From Pseudomonadota bacterium (GTDB lineage: Bacteria; Desulfobacterota; Binatia; Binatales; Binataceae): a stretch of 64,000 bases of DNA. Where the stretch lies: assembly GCA_021325355.1 (NCBI GenBank), contig JAJPHI010000014.1:1129-65128 (forward strand). Direction: 5' to 3'. The notes under the pieces are model-generated. The model ran no database searches, had not been told where the DNA came from, and saw only the letters and a program-made list of their open reading frames with translations. Positions 31,715-40,934 of this stretch are shown here, one piece after another. The first letter of the stretch is position 1. Every line of letters begins with the position of its first letter. Position numbers and translations under genes: made by a program.

Positions 31715-32766
31715 CAGCGCAGGCCTTTTAACTGGGCGCCGGCGCGCTGGAGAATCACGGTGCCGATGATATTCACGATAAGCGTGATCGCCAGTAACAC
31801 CAGTGCCGCGTACATCAGTGCCCCCACTTCCGCAGTACCCGCCTCGGGAAAATGATTGGCCAGCAGGGCGGCGAGCGTATTTGCCGGCGAAAACAGCGAC
31901 CAGCTCAACACGTTAGCATTCCCGGCGAGCATCGCAAGGGCCATCGTCTCGCCGAGCGCGCGTCCGAAGCCGAGGATGATCGCGCCGAAAATGCCGGTGG
32001 CCGCCGTGGGTATGAAGACGGCAAGAATCGCTTCCCAGCGGGTCGCGCCGAGCCCGAAGGCGGCCTCGCGAATCTTCGGCGGCACGGCAATCAAGGCGTC
32101 GCGGGCGATCGCTGAGATGGTCGGCAGCACCATGATCGCCAGCACGATCGCCGCCGGCAGCAGGCCTGGGCCGCTGAGTGCGGTGCCAAAGAAGGGAATC
32201 CAGCCCAGATGGTTGTGCAGCCAGTCGGCGGGCGGCCGCACCCATGGAATCACGACGAAGATGCCCCACAGGCCGTAGACCACGCTGGGAATCGCCGCCA
32301 GCAGCTCAATCGTGGTGCGCAGAACATTTTCGATGCCGTCGGGCAGCGCGGCCCAGAAGCGGCGGCCCTCGAGGCCGAGAGCGCCGATCACCGATTCGAG
32401 TCCCGCGGAAAGAAAGTGCTCGCTCAGGAAAACGGCGATCGCGAGCCCGAAAAGCGTCCCGCCGATAAGGCCCAGGATCGAGCTGTACAGGGTTCCGACG
32501 ATCGCCGGCAGCACGCCGAACTCATTGCGGTTGGCGTCCCACGTCGTGCCGGTCAGAAAGCGGAATTTATAGGTTTCTAGCGCCGGCATCGCCGCGTGCC
32601 CGATAGTGTAGACCAGGTAGACCGTAAGCCCGACGGTCAGGACCGCGATCGCAAAGGTGGTCTGACGAAAGACGCGGTCGGCAAGAGTTTCGACGAACCG
32701 CGGCGCTCCCGCGATATTGCCCGACGCGGCGCCCGCGGCCGTCAGTTCGACGTTTTCGGAACTCAT
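31714..32766 (-). CDS. pstC: Phosphate ABC transporter permease PstC
   Basis: Permease with a 4-nt overlap with pstS and a 1-nt overlap with pstA. Confidence 0.85.
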   Translation of the reverse strand: MSSENVELTAAGAASGNIAGAPRFVETLADRVFRQTTFAIAVLTVGLTVYLVYTIGHAAMPALETYKFRFLTGTTWDANRNEFGVLPAIVGTLYSSILGLIGGTLFGLAIAVFLSEHFLSAGLESVIGALGLEGRRFWAALPDGIENVLRTTIELLAAIPSVVYGLWGIFVVIPWVRPPADWLHNHLGWIPFFGTALSGPGLLPAAIVLAIMVLPTISAIARDALIAVPPKIREAAFGLGATRWEAILAVFIPTAATGIFGAIILGFGRALGETMALAMLAGNANVLSWSLFSPANTLAALLANHFPEAGTAEVGALMYAALVLLAITLIVNIIGTVILQRAGAQLKGLR

Positions 32767-33818
32767 GAAATCTGCGCCAACGCTTCCTTATCCTTCCGGA
32801 TGACGCTTTCCGGCAGCGGGATATAACCGAGATCGCTCGCGAAGCTCTGGCCCTGGTCGAGTCCATACTCGACCACCGCCTTCAAGGTTTGCGCGACTTT
32901 CGGATCCGCATACTTCCGGTAAAACAGCATCCAGGTGTACGTCACAATCGGATACGAGTCGTCGCCGCTCGGATCGGTCACCCAGCCGCGCAGGTTCGCC
33001 GGGAGAGTCACCGAGGCGAGCGCGTTCTTTTCGGTCGCGGGCGTGGCCGACACGAATTTGCCGGCCTTGTTTTCGAGGACAGCCATCGGCATGCCGGTCT
33101 GCTTCGCATAGCCGTATTCCACGTAACCGATCGCGCCGGGCGTCTGCTTGACCAGCGCGGTGACGCCAGGATTTCCTTTGCCGGCAACGCCCACGGGAAA
33201 ATTGACCGAGGTGCCGTGGCCGGGACCGTTCTTCCAGGCATCGCTGACCGCGCTCAGATGGGAAGTGAAGACGAAGGTGGTACCGCTGCCGTCGGATCGC
33301 GTAACCACGGTGATTTTTTCGTCGGGCAATTTTGCCCCGGGGTTGGTTCTGGTAATCGCGGTATCATTCCAGTTGGTAATCTTGCCGAGAAAAATGTTGA
33401 CATAAGCCTCGCGCGAAAGGCGCAACGGCGCCGTCAAATCCGGCAGATTGTAGCTCAGCACGATGCCGCCGGCGGTCATGGGGATGAGCACGACACCCTG
33501 TTTGACGGCCGCCATCTGTTCATCGGTCATCGCCGCGTCGCTCGCGCCGAAATCGACCAGTTGCTGTTGAAACTGCTTGATACCGGCGCCGCTGCCGATC
33601 GGCTGGTAATTGATTTCGACGTCAGGATGCAACTTGTTGTATTCCGCGAACCAGCGTTGATACAAAGGCGCGGGAAACGTTGCTCCGGATCCTTGCAGAG
33701 TCGTCGCGCTTGCCGCGTCGCCGACCTGGTAGCCGAGAAACCCCATCGCGACCAGCGAAAGCGCCATCAACCCAAGCGGCCAGCGCCAATGCTCGATCGT
33801 CTTTGCCCTCATGCACAA
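32763..33818 (-). CDS. pstS: Phosphate-binding periplasmic protein PstS
   Basis: A signal peptide is followed by TLQGSGATFPAPLYQRWFAEYNK, the PstS phosphate-binding signature. It uses a TTG start. Confidence 0.85.
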   Translation of the reverse strand: MCMRAKTIEHWRWPLGLMALSLVAMGFLGYQVGDAASATTLQGSGATFPAPLYQRWFAEYNKLHPDVEINYQPIGSGAGIKQFQQQLVDFGASDAAMTDEQMAAVKQGVVLIPMTAGGIVLSYNLPDLTAPLRLSREAYVNIFLGKITNWNDTAITRTNPGAKLPDEKITVVTRSDGSGTTFVFTSHLSAVSDAWKNGPGHGTSVNFPVGVAGKGNPGVTALVKQTPGAIGYVEYGYAKQTGMPMAVLENKAGKFVSATPATEKNALASVTLPANLRGWVTDPSGDDSYPIVTYTWMLFYRKYADPKVAQTLKAVVEYGLDQGQSFASDLGYIPLPESVIRKDKEALAQIS

Positions 33819-33869
33819 GCTCCTGCTCAGTTGAGTTTATTGGTGGAGACGCTGGTGATCTTACGCACT

Positions 33870-34030
33870 TACTTTGCTGAGCAAAGAGAAGTTTTGTTAA
33901 CACATTATGAAAAGCTGATGACTTTAGTATGTCGTCGAAGAGTGATTACGACTCGCGGGATATCAGGGGCATGGTAATGAAATATATTTGCCCGACGGCT
34001 GACGCGTCAGTGGGCTGAATATCAGTTCGG
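33870..34030. promoter_or_regulatory. AT-rich divergent control region between pstS and the plcP-like gene containing several palindromes and Pho-box-like repeats
   Basis: Palindromes: CTTTGCTGAGCAAAG (about 33872-33886), TGTTAACA, CTGACGCGTCAG (about 33999-34010) and CTGAATATCAG. Facing pstS there are 11-bp-phased repeats AAGTCAT-cagc-TTTTCAT (reverse complement of about 33904-33925) that resemble the E. coli PhoB box CTGTCAT-N4-CTGTCAT. Confidence 0.35.
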
Positions 34031-34186
34031 CGATCGGGCGGAGCGCGGCGCGCTTAAAGGGCTCGCAGCGTTGGCAGAATCTTAATCGTTCAATAGTACG
34101 CTCTTCAAAATCGGCAGCTATTTTTGCGCGGCAACGCGGAATGGTGCTGGAGAGATCTAACCGACCGTCCAGGTGGAGGTGATGCG

Positions 34187-35041
34187 GTGGAGGTAGGGGA
34201 TCTGCTGAGGCTCGAAAGCGCCGTGCCTGCGCGGACCCGGGTGTTGCCGGAGCGATCGCGGACCGCGCACGAAATCCGCGCGTGCCGGTCAATTTGGATC
34301 TCCGATCTGCATTTTGGGACGCGGCGGATGCAGGCGGCCGCACTGCTGGATTTCCTGCTGCATCACGAGGCCGAGAACCTCTTTTTGGTCGGCGACATTA
34401 TTGACGGATGGATCGCCGACAGCGAGTGGTTCTGGTCGGACGATCAGGAGGCAGCGGCGGCCGAGTTGCGCGCCTGGGTCGGGCGCGGCAGCCGCGTTAC
34501 CTTGATTCCAGGGAACCATGATCTTTGTCGGGAGGCGGGTCCGCGTCTGCTGGGCCTCGAATACGGGCCCGAGGAATTGCTCTACACGACGCGGGAGGGC
34601 CGTCGGATGCTGGTCACGCATGGTCATCAGTTCGACCGCAAGATCGCCGGCGGCAGATGGTGGCAGGGGCCGACGAGCTATGCGATGGCGCTGCGGATCA
34701 GCGACTGGTACGAGCGCGACTGGCGCGGCGGTACGGACGGACGCGGGCTCGCCGCGGCGATCCGCTACCGCGTCAAACGCGCAGTCGAATACTTCATGGA
34801 CTTCGATGATCGCGCGATTCTGGAGGCCGTCCGCAAACATCGGGCTGACGGCATTATCTGCGGTCATACCCATCGCGCGGAACAGCGTCTGATAGGTCCG
34901 GTCTGGTACCTGAACGACGGCGATTGGGTGGAGAGTTGCACGGCGCTGGTGGAGGGATGGGACGGCGCGCTGCGGCTGCTGCGCTGGGAGGCGCCGGCGG
35001 CGGGAACGTCTCCGGCGCGGATTGGAGGCGAGGGTGCCTGA
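34187..35041 (+). CDS. Calcineurin-like metallophosphoesterase of the LpxH/PlcP family (candidate phospholipase C for phosphate-starvation lipid remodelling)
   Basis: Metal-binding motifs ISDLHFG, GDIIDGW and GNHD are present. The GTG start at 34187 is preceded by GGAGGT; the track ORF begins at TTG 34124. The stop overlaps the downstream GT start (TGATG). Confidence 0.6.
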   Translation: MEVGDLLRLESAVPARTRVLPERSRTAHEIRACRSIWISDLHFGTRRMQAAALLDFLLHHEAENLFLVGDIIDGWIADSEWFWSDDQEAAAAELRAWVGRGSRVTLIPGNHDLCREAGPRLLGLEYGPEELLYTTREGRRMLVTHGHQFDRKIAGGRWWQGPTSYAMALRISDWYERDWRGGTDGRGLAAAIRYRVKRAVEYFMDFDDRAILEAVRKHRADGIICGHTHRAEQRLIGPVWYLNDGDWVESCTALVEGWDGALRLLRWEAPAAGTSPARIGGEGA

Positions 35042-36264
35042 TGGGAAGCGGAGCGGGTGGCAAGATGCGACGGAGGCTGGAGCAGGCGCAGGTTGAGCTG
35101 ATCTACTTTGATGCGGGCGGGGGCCATCGCGCGTCCGCCGTCGCTCTGGCGACGGTGCTGGCAGCGCAATTTCCTGGCGTTCGGGTAGCGATGGTCAACC
35201 TGCGCGAGCGGCTGGACAAGCTCGATTACCTGCGCCGCTGCACCGGTGTGAAACTCGAAAATTTCTACAATGCGCTGCTGCGCAAAGGGCTTGCCGTGGG
35301 GATCGGCCCGATGCTCCGCGTGCTCCATCTGCTGGTCCGCGAGATGCATCCGCGGATGGTGCGGATGCTGGCTGAGGGCTGGGCGCGCCATCGTCCGGAT
35401 CTGGTCGTCTCACTGATTCCGCATTTCAATCGCAGCCTTTTCGAGGGTCTTGAGGCGGCCGCGCGGATCCGTCGGGAGGCAGCGCCCCCGCTGGTGACCG
35501 TGATGACTGATCTGGCGGACTATCCACCGCATTTCTGGATCGAGCCGCAGGAACAGTTCCTCGTATGCGGCACCGGAACCGCGGCGCGCCAGGCGCTGGC
35601 GCTGGGCTTCCCCGCTCATCTGATTTTGCGCAGTTCGGGCATGATCGTCCGGCCGGAGTTCTACCGCGTGCCGTTCGACTCGCGCGCCGCTGAACGCGCG
35701 AAACTGGGCCTGGAGCAGGACCGCCCGACGGGCGTCGTGATGTTCGGCGGTTGCGGCTCGCGACGGATGGAGCTCATCGCGGAGGCGGTTGCGGACGGAA
35801 ATCGCGAGGTGCAACTGATCTTCGCCTGCGGGCGCAATGATGGGTTGGCGCAGCGCCTGGCGGCGCGGCGTCTGCCGTATCCGCATTTCGTCGTCGGCTT
35901 TACCGAAGCGATGCCGTACTTCATGAGGCTGGCGGATTTTTTTATCGGCAAACCGGGTCCGGGAAGTATCAGCGAGGCGCTGGTCTGCGGGCTGCCGGTT
36001 ATCGTCGAACGCAATCGGCTGACGATGCCGCACGAGCGCTTCAACACCGACTGGCTCCGGCAGCATCAACTGGGGCTGGTGGTCAGTTCGTTCACCACGA
36101 TCGACCGGGCGATCGCGCATCTGCTGGAAGGCAAGCGACTCGACCATTACCGGCGCCGAATCGCGGCCCATCACAATCAAGCCGTATTCGAAATTCCCCG
36201 GATGCTCGAGGCGATCCTCGAGGCCGGGGCGCCGTCCGCGCCGAGAGCCTCGCTCAGCGCCTGA
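35041..36264 (+). CDS. GT28 diacylglycerol glycosyltransferase (MGDG-synthase / UgtP-like)
   Basis: N-terminal IYFDAGGGHRASAVAL is the MGD1/UgtP GGGH motif. C-terminal GKPGPGSISEALVCGLPVIV matches the MGD family. The start was set at the ATG at 35041; the track ORF begins at 34924. Confidence 0.7.
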   Translation: MGSGAGGKMRRRLEQAQVELIYFDAGGGHRASAVALATVLAAQFPGVRVAMVNLRERLDKLDYLRRCTGVKLENFYNALLRKGLAVGIGPMLRVLHLLVREMHPRMVRMLAEGWARHRPDLVVSLIPHFNRSLFEGLEAAARIRREAAPPLVTVMTDLADYPPHFWIEPQEQFLVCGTGTAARQALALGFPAHLILRSSGMIVRPEFYRVPFDSRAAERAKLGLEQDRPTGVVMFGGCGSRRMELIAEAVADGNREVQLIFACGRNDGLAQRLAARRLPYPHFVVGFTEAMPYFMRLADFFIGKPGPGSISEALVCGLPVIVERNRLTMPHERFNTDWLRQHQLGLVVSSFTTIDRAIAHLLEGKRLDHYRRRIAAHHNQAVFEIPRMLEAILEAGAPSAPRASLSA

Positions 36265-36361
36265 GGGGGAGCGATCGCCGCGGGTCGCTCGTGGAGGCAT
36301 CGCCGTTGCGGCGCCGCCGTGTTACGCTTAGGGCGGTCCGGATCCCGCGCGAGGATGGAGG

Positions 36362-37438
36362 ATGAGAGAGCCGAAATTCAATCGAGGCGCAAGTGAAGGC
36401 GCGCTGCGCCGCGCATGGCGATCGTTGTTGCTCATCGGTGCGGCGCTTGTGCTGGGGGGCGCATCGCTGCAGGCCGATCAGCCGAACGACGCGGTTTACG
36501 CGAGCGTCGGCAACCATAAGTTCACCGAGCAGGAGGTGGACAGCGCGGTCCTGAACAGCGTCAGCCCCTCCCAGCTCTACGATTTGCGCAAGCGCGCGCT
36601 CGACCGCATGATCGACGACTACCTGATTGATCAGGCCGCCCACGCTGCCGGTCTGACGCGTGAACAGTATCTCGCGCGCGAGCTCAAGCCCGCCAAACCC
36701 ACCGAGGCCGAAGCGCGCAAATTCTACGACGACAACAAGAGTTCGATTCAGGCGCAGATTCACAATGCCACTTTCGACCAGGTGAAGGATCGGCTGATTG
36801 CGGCGCTCGAACGCCAGAACGAGGAGCAGCAGCGGGCCGCGCTGATTCAGCGTCTCCGTCAGGCCACCCCGGTTAACGTCGCGCTGAAACCGCCGCGCTT
36901 CACCGTCAACAGCGACGGCCATCCGTGGACCGGCGGCGCGGACGCGCCGGTGACGGTGGTCGAGTTTTCGGATTTTCAATGTCCCTACTGTCGGGCCGCG
37001 GAAAGTACGGTCAAGGCGATGCGGGCGAAGTACGGGGATCGCATCAAATTCGTGTACATGGACTTCCCCCTGAGCTTCCATCCGCATGCGATGGACGCGG
37101 CGCGCGCCGCCCAGTGCGCCGCCGAGCAGGATAAGTTCTGGCCCTATCACGACGCGCTCTTCGCCGATCAGAGCAAGCTCGCCGAGAGTGATCTGAAGGC
37201 CACGGCGAAACGCCTCGGGCTCGATACCGGGCGCTTCAACACCTGCTTCAACCAGGGGCAGCCCGATGGGCGGATCAAGGCCGAGCAGCAGCAGGGCGAG
37301 GCGCTCGGGGTGACCGGCACGCCGACCTTCTTTATCAATGGACGCGAGATCGTCGGGGCGCAGCCGCTTGATAAGTTCGCGGAAGTGATCGACGACGAAA
37401 CCAGCGCAGCCAATCAGCGCGCGGCGCGGGCCAACTGA
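36362..37438 (+). CDS. Secreted DsbA-family thiol:disulfide oxidoreductase with an N-terminal chaperone-like extension
   Basis: It has a signal peptide. The thioredoxin-fold domain carries the CPYC active site (VVEFSDFQCPYCRAAE) and a DsbA-like C-terminal portion (GVTGTPTFFINGREI). Confidence 0.7.
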   Translation: MREPKFNRGASEGALRRAWRSLLLIGAALVLGGASLQADQPNDAVYASVGNHKFTEQEVDSAVLNSVSPSQLYDLRKRALDRMIDDYLIDQAAHAAGLTREQYLARELKPAKPTEAEARKFYDDNKSSIQAQIHNATFDQVKDRLIAALERQNEEQQRAALIQRLRQATPVNVALKPPRFTVNSDGHPWTGGADAPVTVVEFSDFQCPYCRAAESTVKAMRAKYGDRIKFVYMDFPLSFHPHAMDAARAAQCAAEQDKFWPYHDALFADQSKLAESDLKATAKRLGLDTGRFNTCFNQGQPDGRIKAEQQQGEALGVTGTPTFFINGREIVGAQPLDKFAEVIDDETSAANQRAARAN

Positions 37439-37450
37439 GGTCGCCGCGCT

Positions 37451-38800
37451 TTGCCTGCCTACGACTACGATTTCTTCGTGATTGGCGCCGGCTCGGGCGG
37501 CGTGCGCGCGGCGCGAATCGCGGCGACGCACGGCGCGCGCGTCGCGGTGGCCGAAGAGCGCTACCTGGGCGGCACCTGCGTCAACGTCGGCTGTATTCCG
37601 AAGAAGCTTTTGGTGTACGCGTCGGAATTCGCCGACGCTTTCGCCGATGCGGCCGGCTTTGGCTGGGAGGTGGGAGCTCCGACGTTCGACTGGTCGCGTC
37701 TGCTTGGCAACAAGGACCGCGAGATCGAGCGGTTGAATGGCGTCTACGAGCGTCTTTTGACTGCGGCCGGCGCGCGGATTATACGGGGGCGGGCGGAGCT
37801 CGCGGGCGCGCACGCCGTGCGCATCAACGGCGCGACATTCACCGCCCGCTACATCCTGCTCGCGACCGGCAGTTGGCCGACGGTGCCCGAAATTCCCGGA
37901 GCCGATCTGGCGATCACTTCCAACGAAGCCTTCCATCTCGCGCGGCTGCCGCGCCGCGTCGTGATCGTGGGCGGCGGCTATATCGCGGTCGAGTTCGCCG
38001 GCATCTTCCATGGGCTCGGCGCGCAGGTGACGCTGATTCATCGCGGCGACGCCCTGCTGCGCGGATTCGACGATGATTTGCGCATCGCACTCGGCGAGGA
38101 GATAAGACAGCGCGGGATCGATCTGCGCCTTAAGAGCCGCGTCACGGCGATCGCGCGGAGCGACGGTCATCTGCGCGCCACGCTTGAGGACCACTCGACC
38201 GTGACCACGGAGCTGGTGATGTTCGCGACCGGGCGACATCCGAACTCGCGCGGTTTCGGTGTCGAAGAAGCGGGGGTTGCGCTCGACCGCGACGGCGCGG
38301 TGGTCGTCGGCGAAGACTCGCGCTCGTCGGTCGAAAGCATCTTTGCGATCGGCGACCTGACCAACCGTAGGTGCCTGACCCCGGTGGCGATCGCGGAAGG
38401 CCATGCGCTGGCGGACACGCTGTTCGGCAATCGCCCGCGCACGCTCGACTACGACAACATTCCCTCGGCGGTGTTCAGTCAGCCGCCGCTCGCGAGCGTC
38501 GGTTTGAGCGAGGCCGAAGCGCGTCGCCGCTACGGCCGGGTCGATATCTACAAGTCAGCCTTCACGCCCCTCAAGCACACGCTTAGCGGTCGTCGCGAGC
38601 GCACCCTGATGAAGCTCGTGGTGGACGGTGACAGCGGTCGCGTGGTCGGCGCGCACATGATCGGCGCCGATGCCGGCGAGATCATTCAGGGCCTTGCGAT
38701 CGCGCTCAAGTGCGGCGCGACCAAAGCCCAATTCGATGCCACTATCGGGATTCATCCGACTGCGGCTGAAGAATTTGTCACGATGCGGCAGAAGAGCTGA
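37451..38800 (+). CDS. gor: Glutathione-disulfide reductase-family flavoprotein (pyridine nucleotide-disulfide oxidoreductase)
   Basis: FFVIGAGSGGVRAARIAATHGARVAVAE...GGTCVNVGCIPKK is the redox-active disulfide motif. An NAD(P) site and a dimerisation domain are present. Confidence 0.75.
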   Translation: MPAYDYDFFVIGAGSGGVRAARIAATHGARVAVAEERYLGGTCVNVGCIPKKLLVYASEFADAFADAAGFGWEVGAPTFDWSRLLGNKDREIERLNGVYERLLTAAGARIIRGRAELAGAHAVRINGATFTARYILLATGSWPTVPEIPGADLAITSNEAFHLARLPRRVVIVGGGYIAVEFAGIFHGLGAQVTLIHRGDALLRGFDDDLRIALGEEIRQRGIDLRLKSRVTAIARSDGHLRATLEDHSTVTTELVMFATGRHPNSRGFGVEEAGVALDRDGAVVVGEDSRSSVESIFAIGDLTNRRCLTPVAIAEGHALADTLFGNRPRTLDYDNIPSAVFSQPPLASVGLSEAEARRRYGRVDIYKSAFTPLKHTLSGRRERTLMKLVVDGDSGRVVGAHMIGADAGEIIQGLAIALKCGATKAQFDATIGIHPTAAEEFVTMRQKS

Positions 38801-38824
38801 CGACTTCGCGCTGATCCAGCGGCG

Positions 38825-39799
38825 ATGAGCAGACACGAGCCCACGGCGCGGATGCTATGCGTCGGTGTCGCCGGCCCCGCGCTCAGCCCCGGGGAACGAA
38901 AAACCCTGAAGCGCTTCGGGCCCGGCGCGATCATTCTCTTCAAACGCAATTACGCCGACCGCGCGCAATTGCGCGAACTCTGCAGGGATCTTCATCGACT
39001 GTACGATCCGCCGCCGTTCGTTGCGGTGGACCAGGAGGGCGGGCGCGTCATCCGGTTCGGTCCGCCGTTCATCCAGCTTGCCCCGGCGCGCGAACTCGCG
39101 CGTGTCCATGCGCCCCCTGCGATCGAAGCGCTGGCGCGCGCGATGGGCGCGGAGCTTCGCGCGGCGGGTATTGACCTCGACTTCGCGCCGGTGCTCGACG
39201 TCGTCACCAATCCGGCCAATGACGTTATCGGCGATCGCGCCTTTGGCCGCACGGCCGCGCGTGTCATCGCCGGCGGACTCGCGTTCATGCGCGGTCTGCG
39301 GAGCGCGGGCATCATTCCCTGCGCGAAACATTTTCCAGGCCACGGCAATGTTCAGGAGGATTCCCATCGCGAGCTGCCCGTCAGTCATTGCAGCCGGCGG
39401 AGCCTCTTCGAGGTCCATCTGAAACCGTTCGTCGCCGCGATAGCGGCAGGCGTGCCGATGATCATGATGGCGCATCTGATGACGCCGCTAATCGACCAGC
39501 AGCGCCCGGCGAGCCTCTCGCGGCCGCATATCGAAGGCCTTTTACGGAAGCGGCTCGGTTTTGGCGGTGTGATCGCGACCGATGACCTGCAGATGGGAGC
39601 GCTCGAGGCGACGGGCGCGCTGGCCGATCGCTGCGTCGCGGCGCTCGAGGCGGGGGCCGATCTGCTGCTCGCGTGTCGCCCGGTCGAAGAACTTGCGGAG
39701 GTGTTCGTGGCCCTGGCGCAGAGGGCGAAGTCCCCGGCGATGGGGCCGCGGCTCGCCGCGTCGGTCGAGCGGCTCGAGCGCCTGCGTCAGATCGGATAG
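38825..39799 (+). CDS. nagZ: Beta-N-acetylhexosaminidase NagZ (GH3)
   Basis: GH3 N-terminal domain motifs FVAVDQEGGRV and KHFPGHG are present, and the length is about 320 aa, typical of NagZ. Confidence 0.8.
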   Translation: MSRHEPTARMLCVGVAGPALSPGERKTLKRFGPGAIILFKRNYADRAQLRELCRDLHRLYDPPPFVAVDQEGGRVIRFGPPFIQLAPARELARVHAPPAIEALARAMGAELRAAGIDLDFAPVLDVVTNPANDVIGDRAFGRTAARVIAGGLAFMRGLRSAGIIPCAKHFPGHGNVQEDSHRELPVSHCSRRSLFEVHLKPFVAAIAAGVPMIMMAHLMTPLIDQQRPASLSRPHIEGLLRKRLGFGGVIATDDLQMGALEATGALADRCVAALEAGADLLLACRPVEELAEVFVALAQRAKSPAMGPRLAASVERLERLRQIG

Positions 39800-39878
39800 T
39801 TTTCCTCGTCGGTCGCGCGGCGGCCGAGGGCGTTCAGAGTGTGTGCGCCAAGTGATAGAATCCGCGCTGAAGGCGCCG

Positions 39879-40934
39879 ATGCCCAGCCCACAAGAAATCC
39901 TCAATCAGCTTAAATCGATCAAGTATCCCGGCTTCAGCCGCGATATTGTCTCGTTTGGCCTCATCAAAGATATCGAGGTGGCCACGGCGGGAGTCACCGT
40001 GATTCTCACGGCGGCCAGCGCCAAACCCGAGGTCCTGGAAGAGATTTCCGCCGCCGTCCGGCGCACCGTCGCGGCAATGCCCGGAGTGCCTGCCGTGCGG
40101 ATCGAACTGGCCGAGGCGCCGTCGCCGCGGATGGCGGCGGCCGCGCTCCATCGCCGGCCGATCCCCGGTATCCGCCACGTGATCGCGGTTGCCAGCGGCA
40201 AGGGCGGCGTCGGCAAGTCGACGGTCGCCGTCAATCTGGCGCTGGCCCTGCAGGCGCTCGGATGGCGGACGGGGCTGATGGACGCCGATGTTTACGGGCC
40301 CAGCGTCGCCATGATGGTTGGCGCGGGAGCGCAGATCCACGTCACGCAGGAGCGGCGGATCGTCCCGCTCCAACGCGCGGGCCTGCGCTATATCTCGATG
40401 GCGCTCTTCATCGGCGACGACGCCCCGATTATCTGGCGGGGGCCGATGGTGACCAAGCTCGAAAGCGAGTTTCTCTTCAATGTCGAATGGGGCGAGCTCG
40501 ACGCTCTCGTCCTCGACCTGCCGCCCGGCACCGGCGACGCGCAACTCACGATCACGCAGCGCGTTGCGCTGGCTGGCGGGGTCATCGTGACCACGCCGCA
40601 GGCGATCGCACTGCAGGACGTCAAGCGCGGGGTCACGATGTTCCAGGAGGTCGGGGTGCCGGTACTCGGGGTGATCGAGAACATGAGTTACCATCTCTGC
40701 CGCAAGTGCGGGCGCCGCCACGAGATCTTCGCTCACGGGGGCGGGGCCCATTACGCGAGCGAGCTTGGGGTGCCGTTTCTCGGCGAGCTGCCGTTCACGC
40801 ACGAGCTGCGCGAGGGCGCGGACACAGCGACGCCGCTGGTCGCCGCCCGTCCCGACCATCCCGTTAGCGAGATCTTCCTTGGGATCGCGAGCGACATCGT
40901 GGCCCGCCTCAACCGCAGTTCGACCGCGCCCTAG
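39879..40934 (+). CDS. apbC: Fe-S cluster carrier ATPase Mrp/ApbC (NBP35 family) with an N-terminal DUF59/MIP18 domain
   Basis: VASGKGGVGKST Walker A and a CRKC cluster-ligand pair are present. The start was set at the ATG at 39879 (MPSPQEIL); the track ORF begins at 39582 and overlaps nagZ. Confidence 0.85.
   Translation: MPSPQEILNQLKSIKYPGFSRDIVSFGLIKDIEVATAGVTVILTAASAKPEVLEEISAAVRRTVAAMPGVPAVRIELAEAPSPRMAAAALHRRPIPGIRHVIAVASGKGGVGKSTVAVNLALALQALGWRTGLMDADVYGPSVAMMVGAGAQIHVTQERRIVPLQRAGLRYISMALFIGDDAPIIWRGPMVTKLESEFLFNVEWGELDALVLDLPPGTGDAQLTITQRVALAGGVIVTTPQAIALQDVKRGVTMFQEVGVPVLGVIENMSYHLCRKCGRRHEIFAHGGGAHYASELGVPFLGELPFTHELREGADTATPLVAARPDHPVSEIFLGIASDIVARLNRSSTAP

Noticed and set aside
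36254-38404. A 716-aa minus-strand ORF spanning the DsbA and gor genes
   Set aside because: It is antisense to two well-supported plus-strand genes and its composition is Arg/Ala-rich junk.
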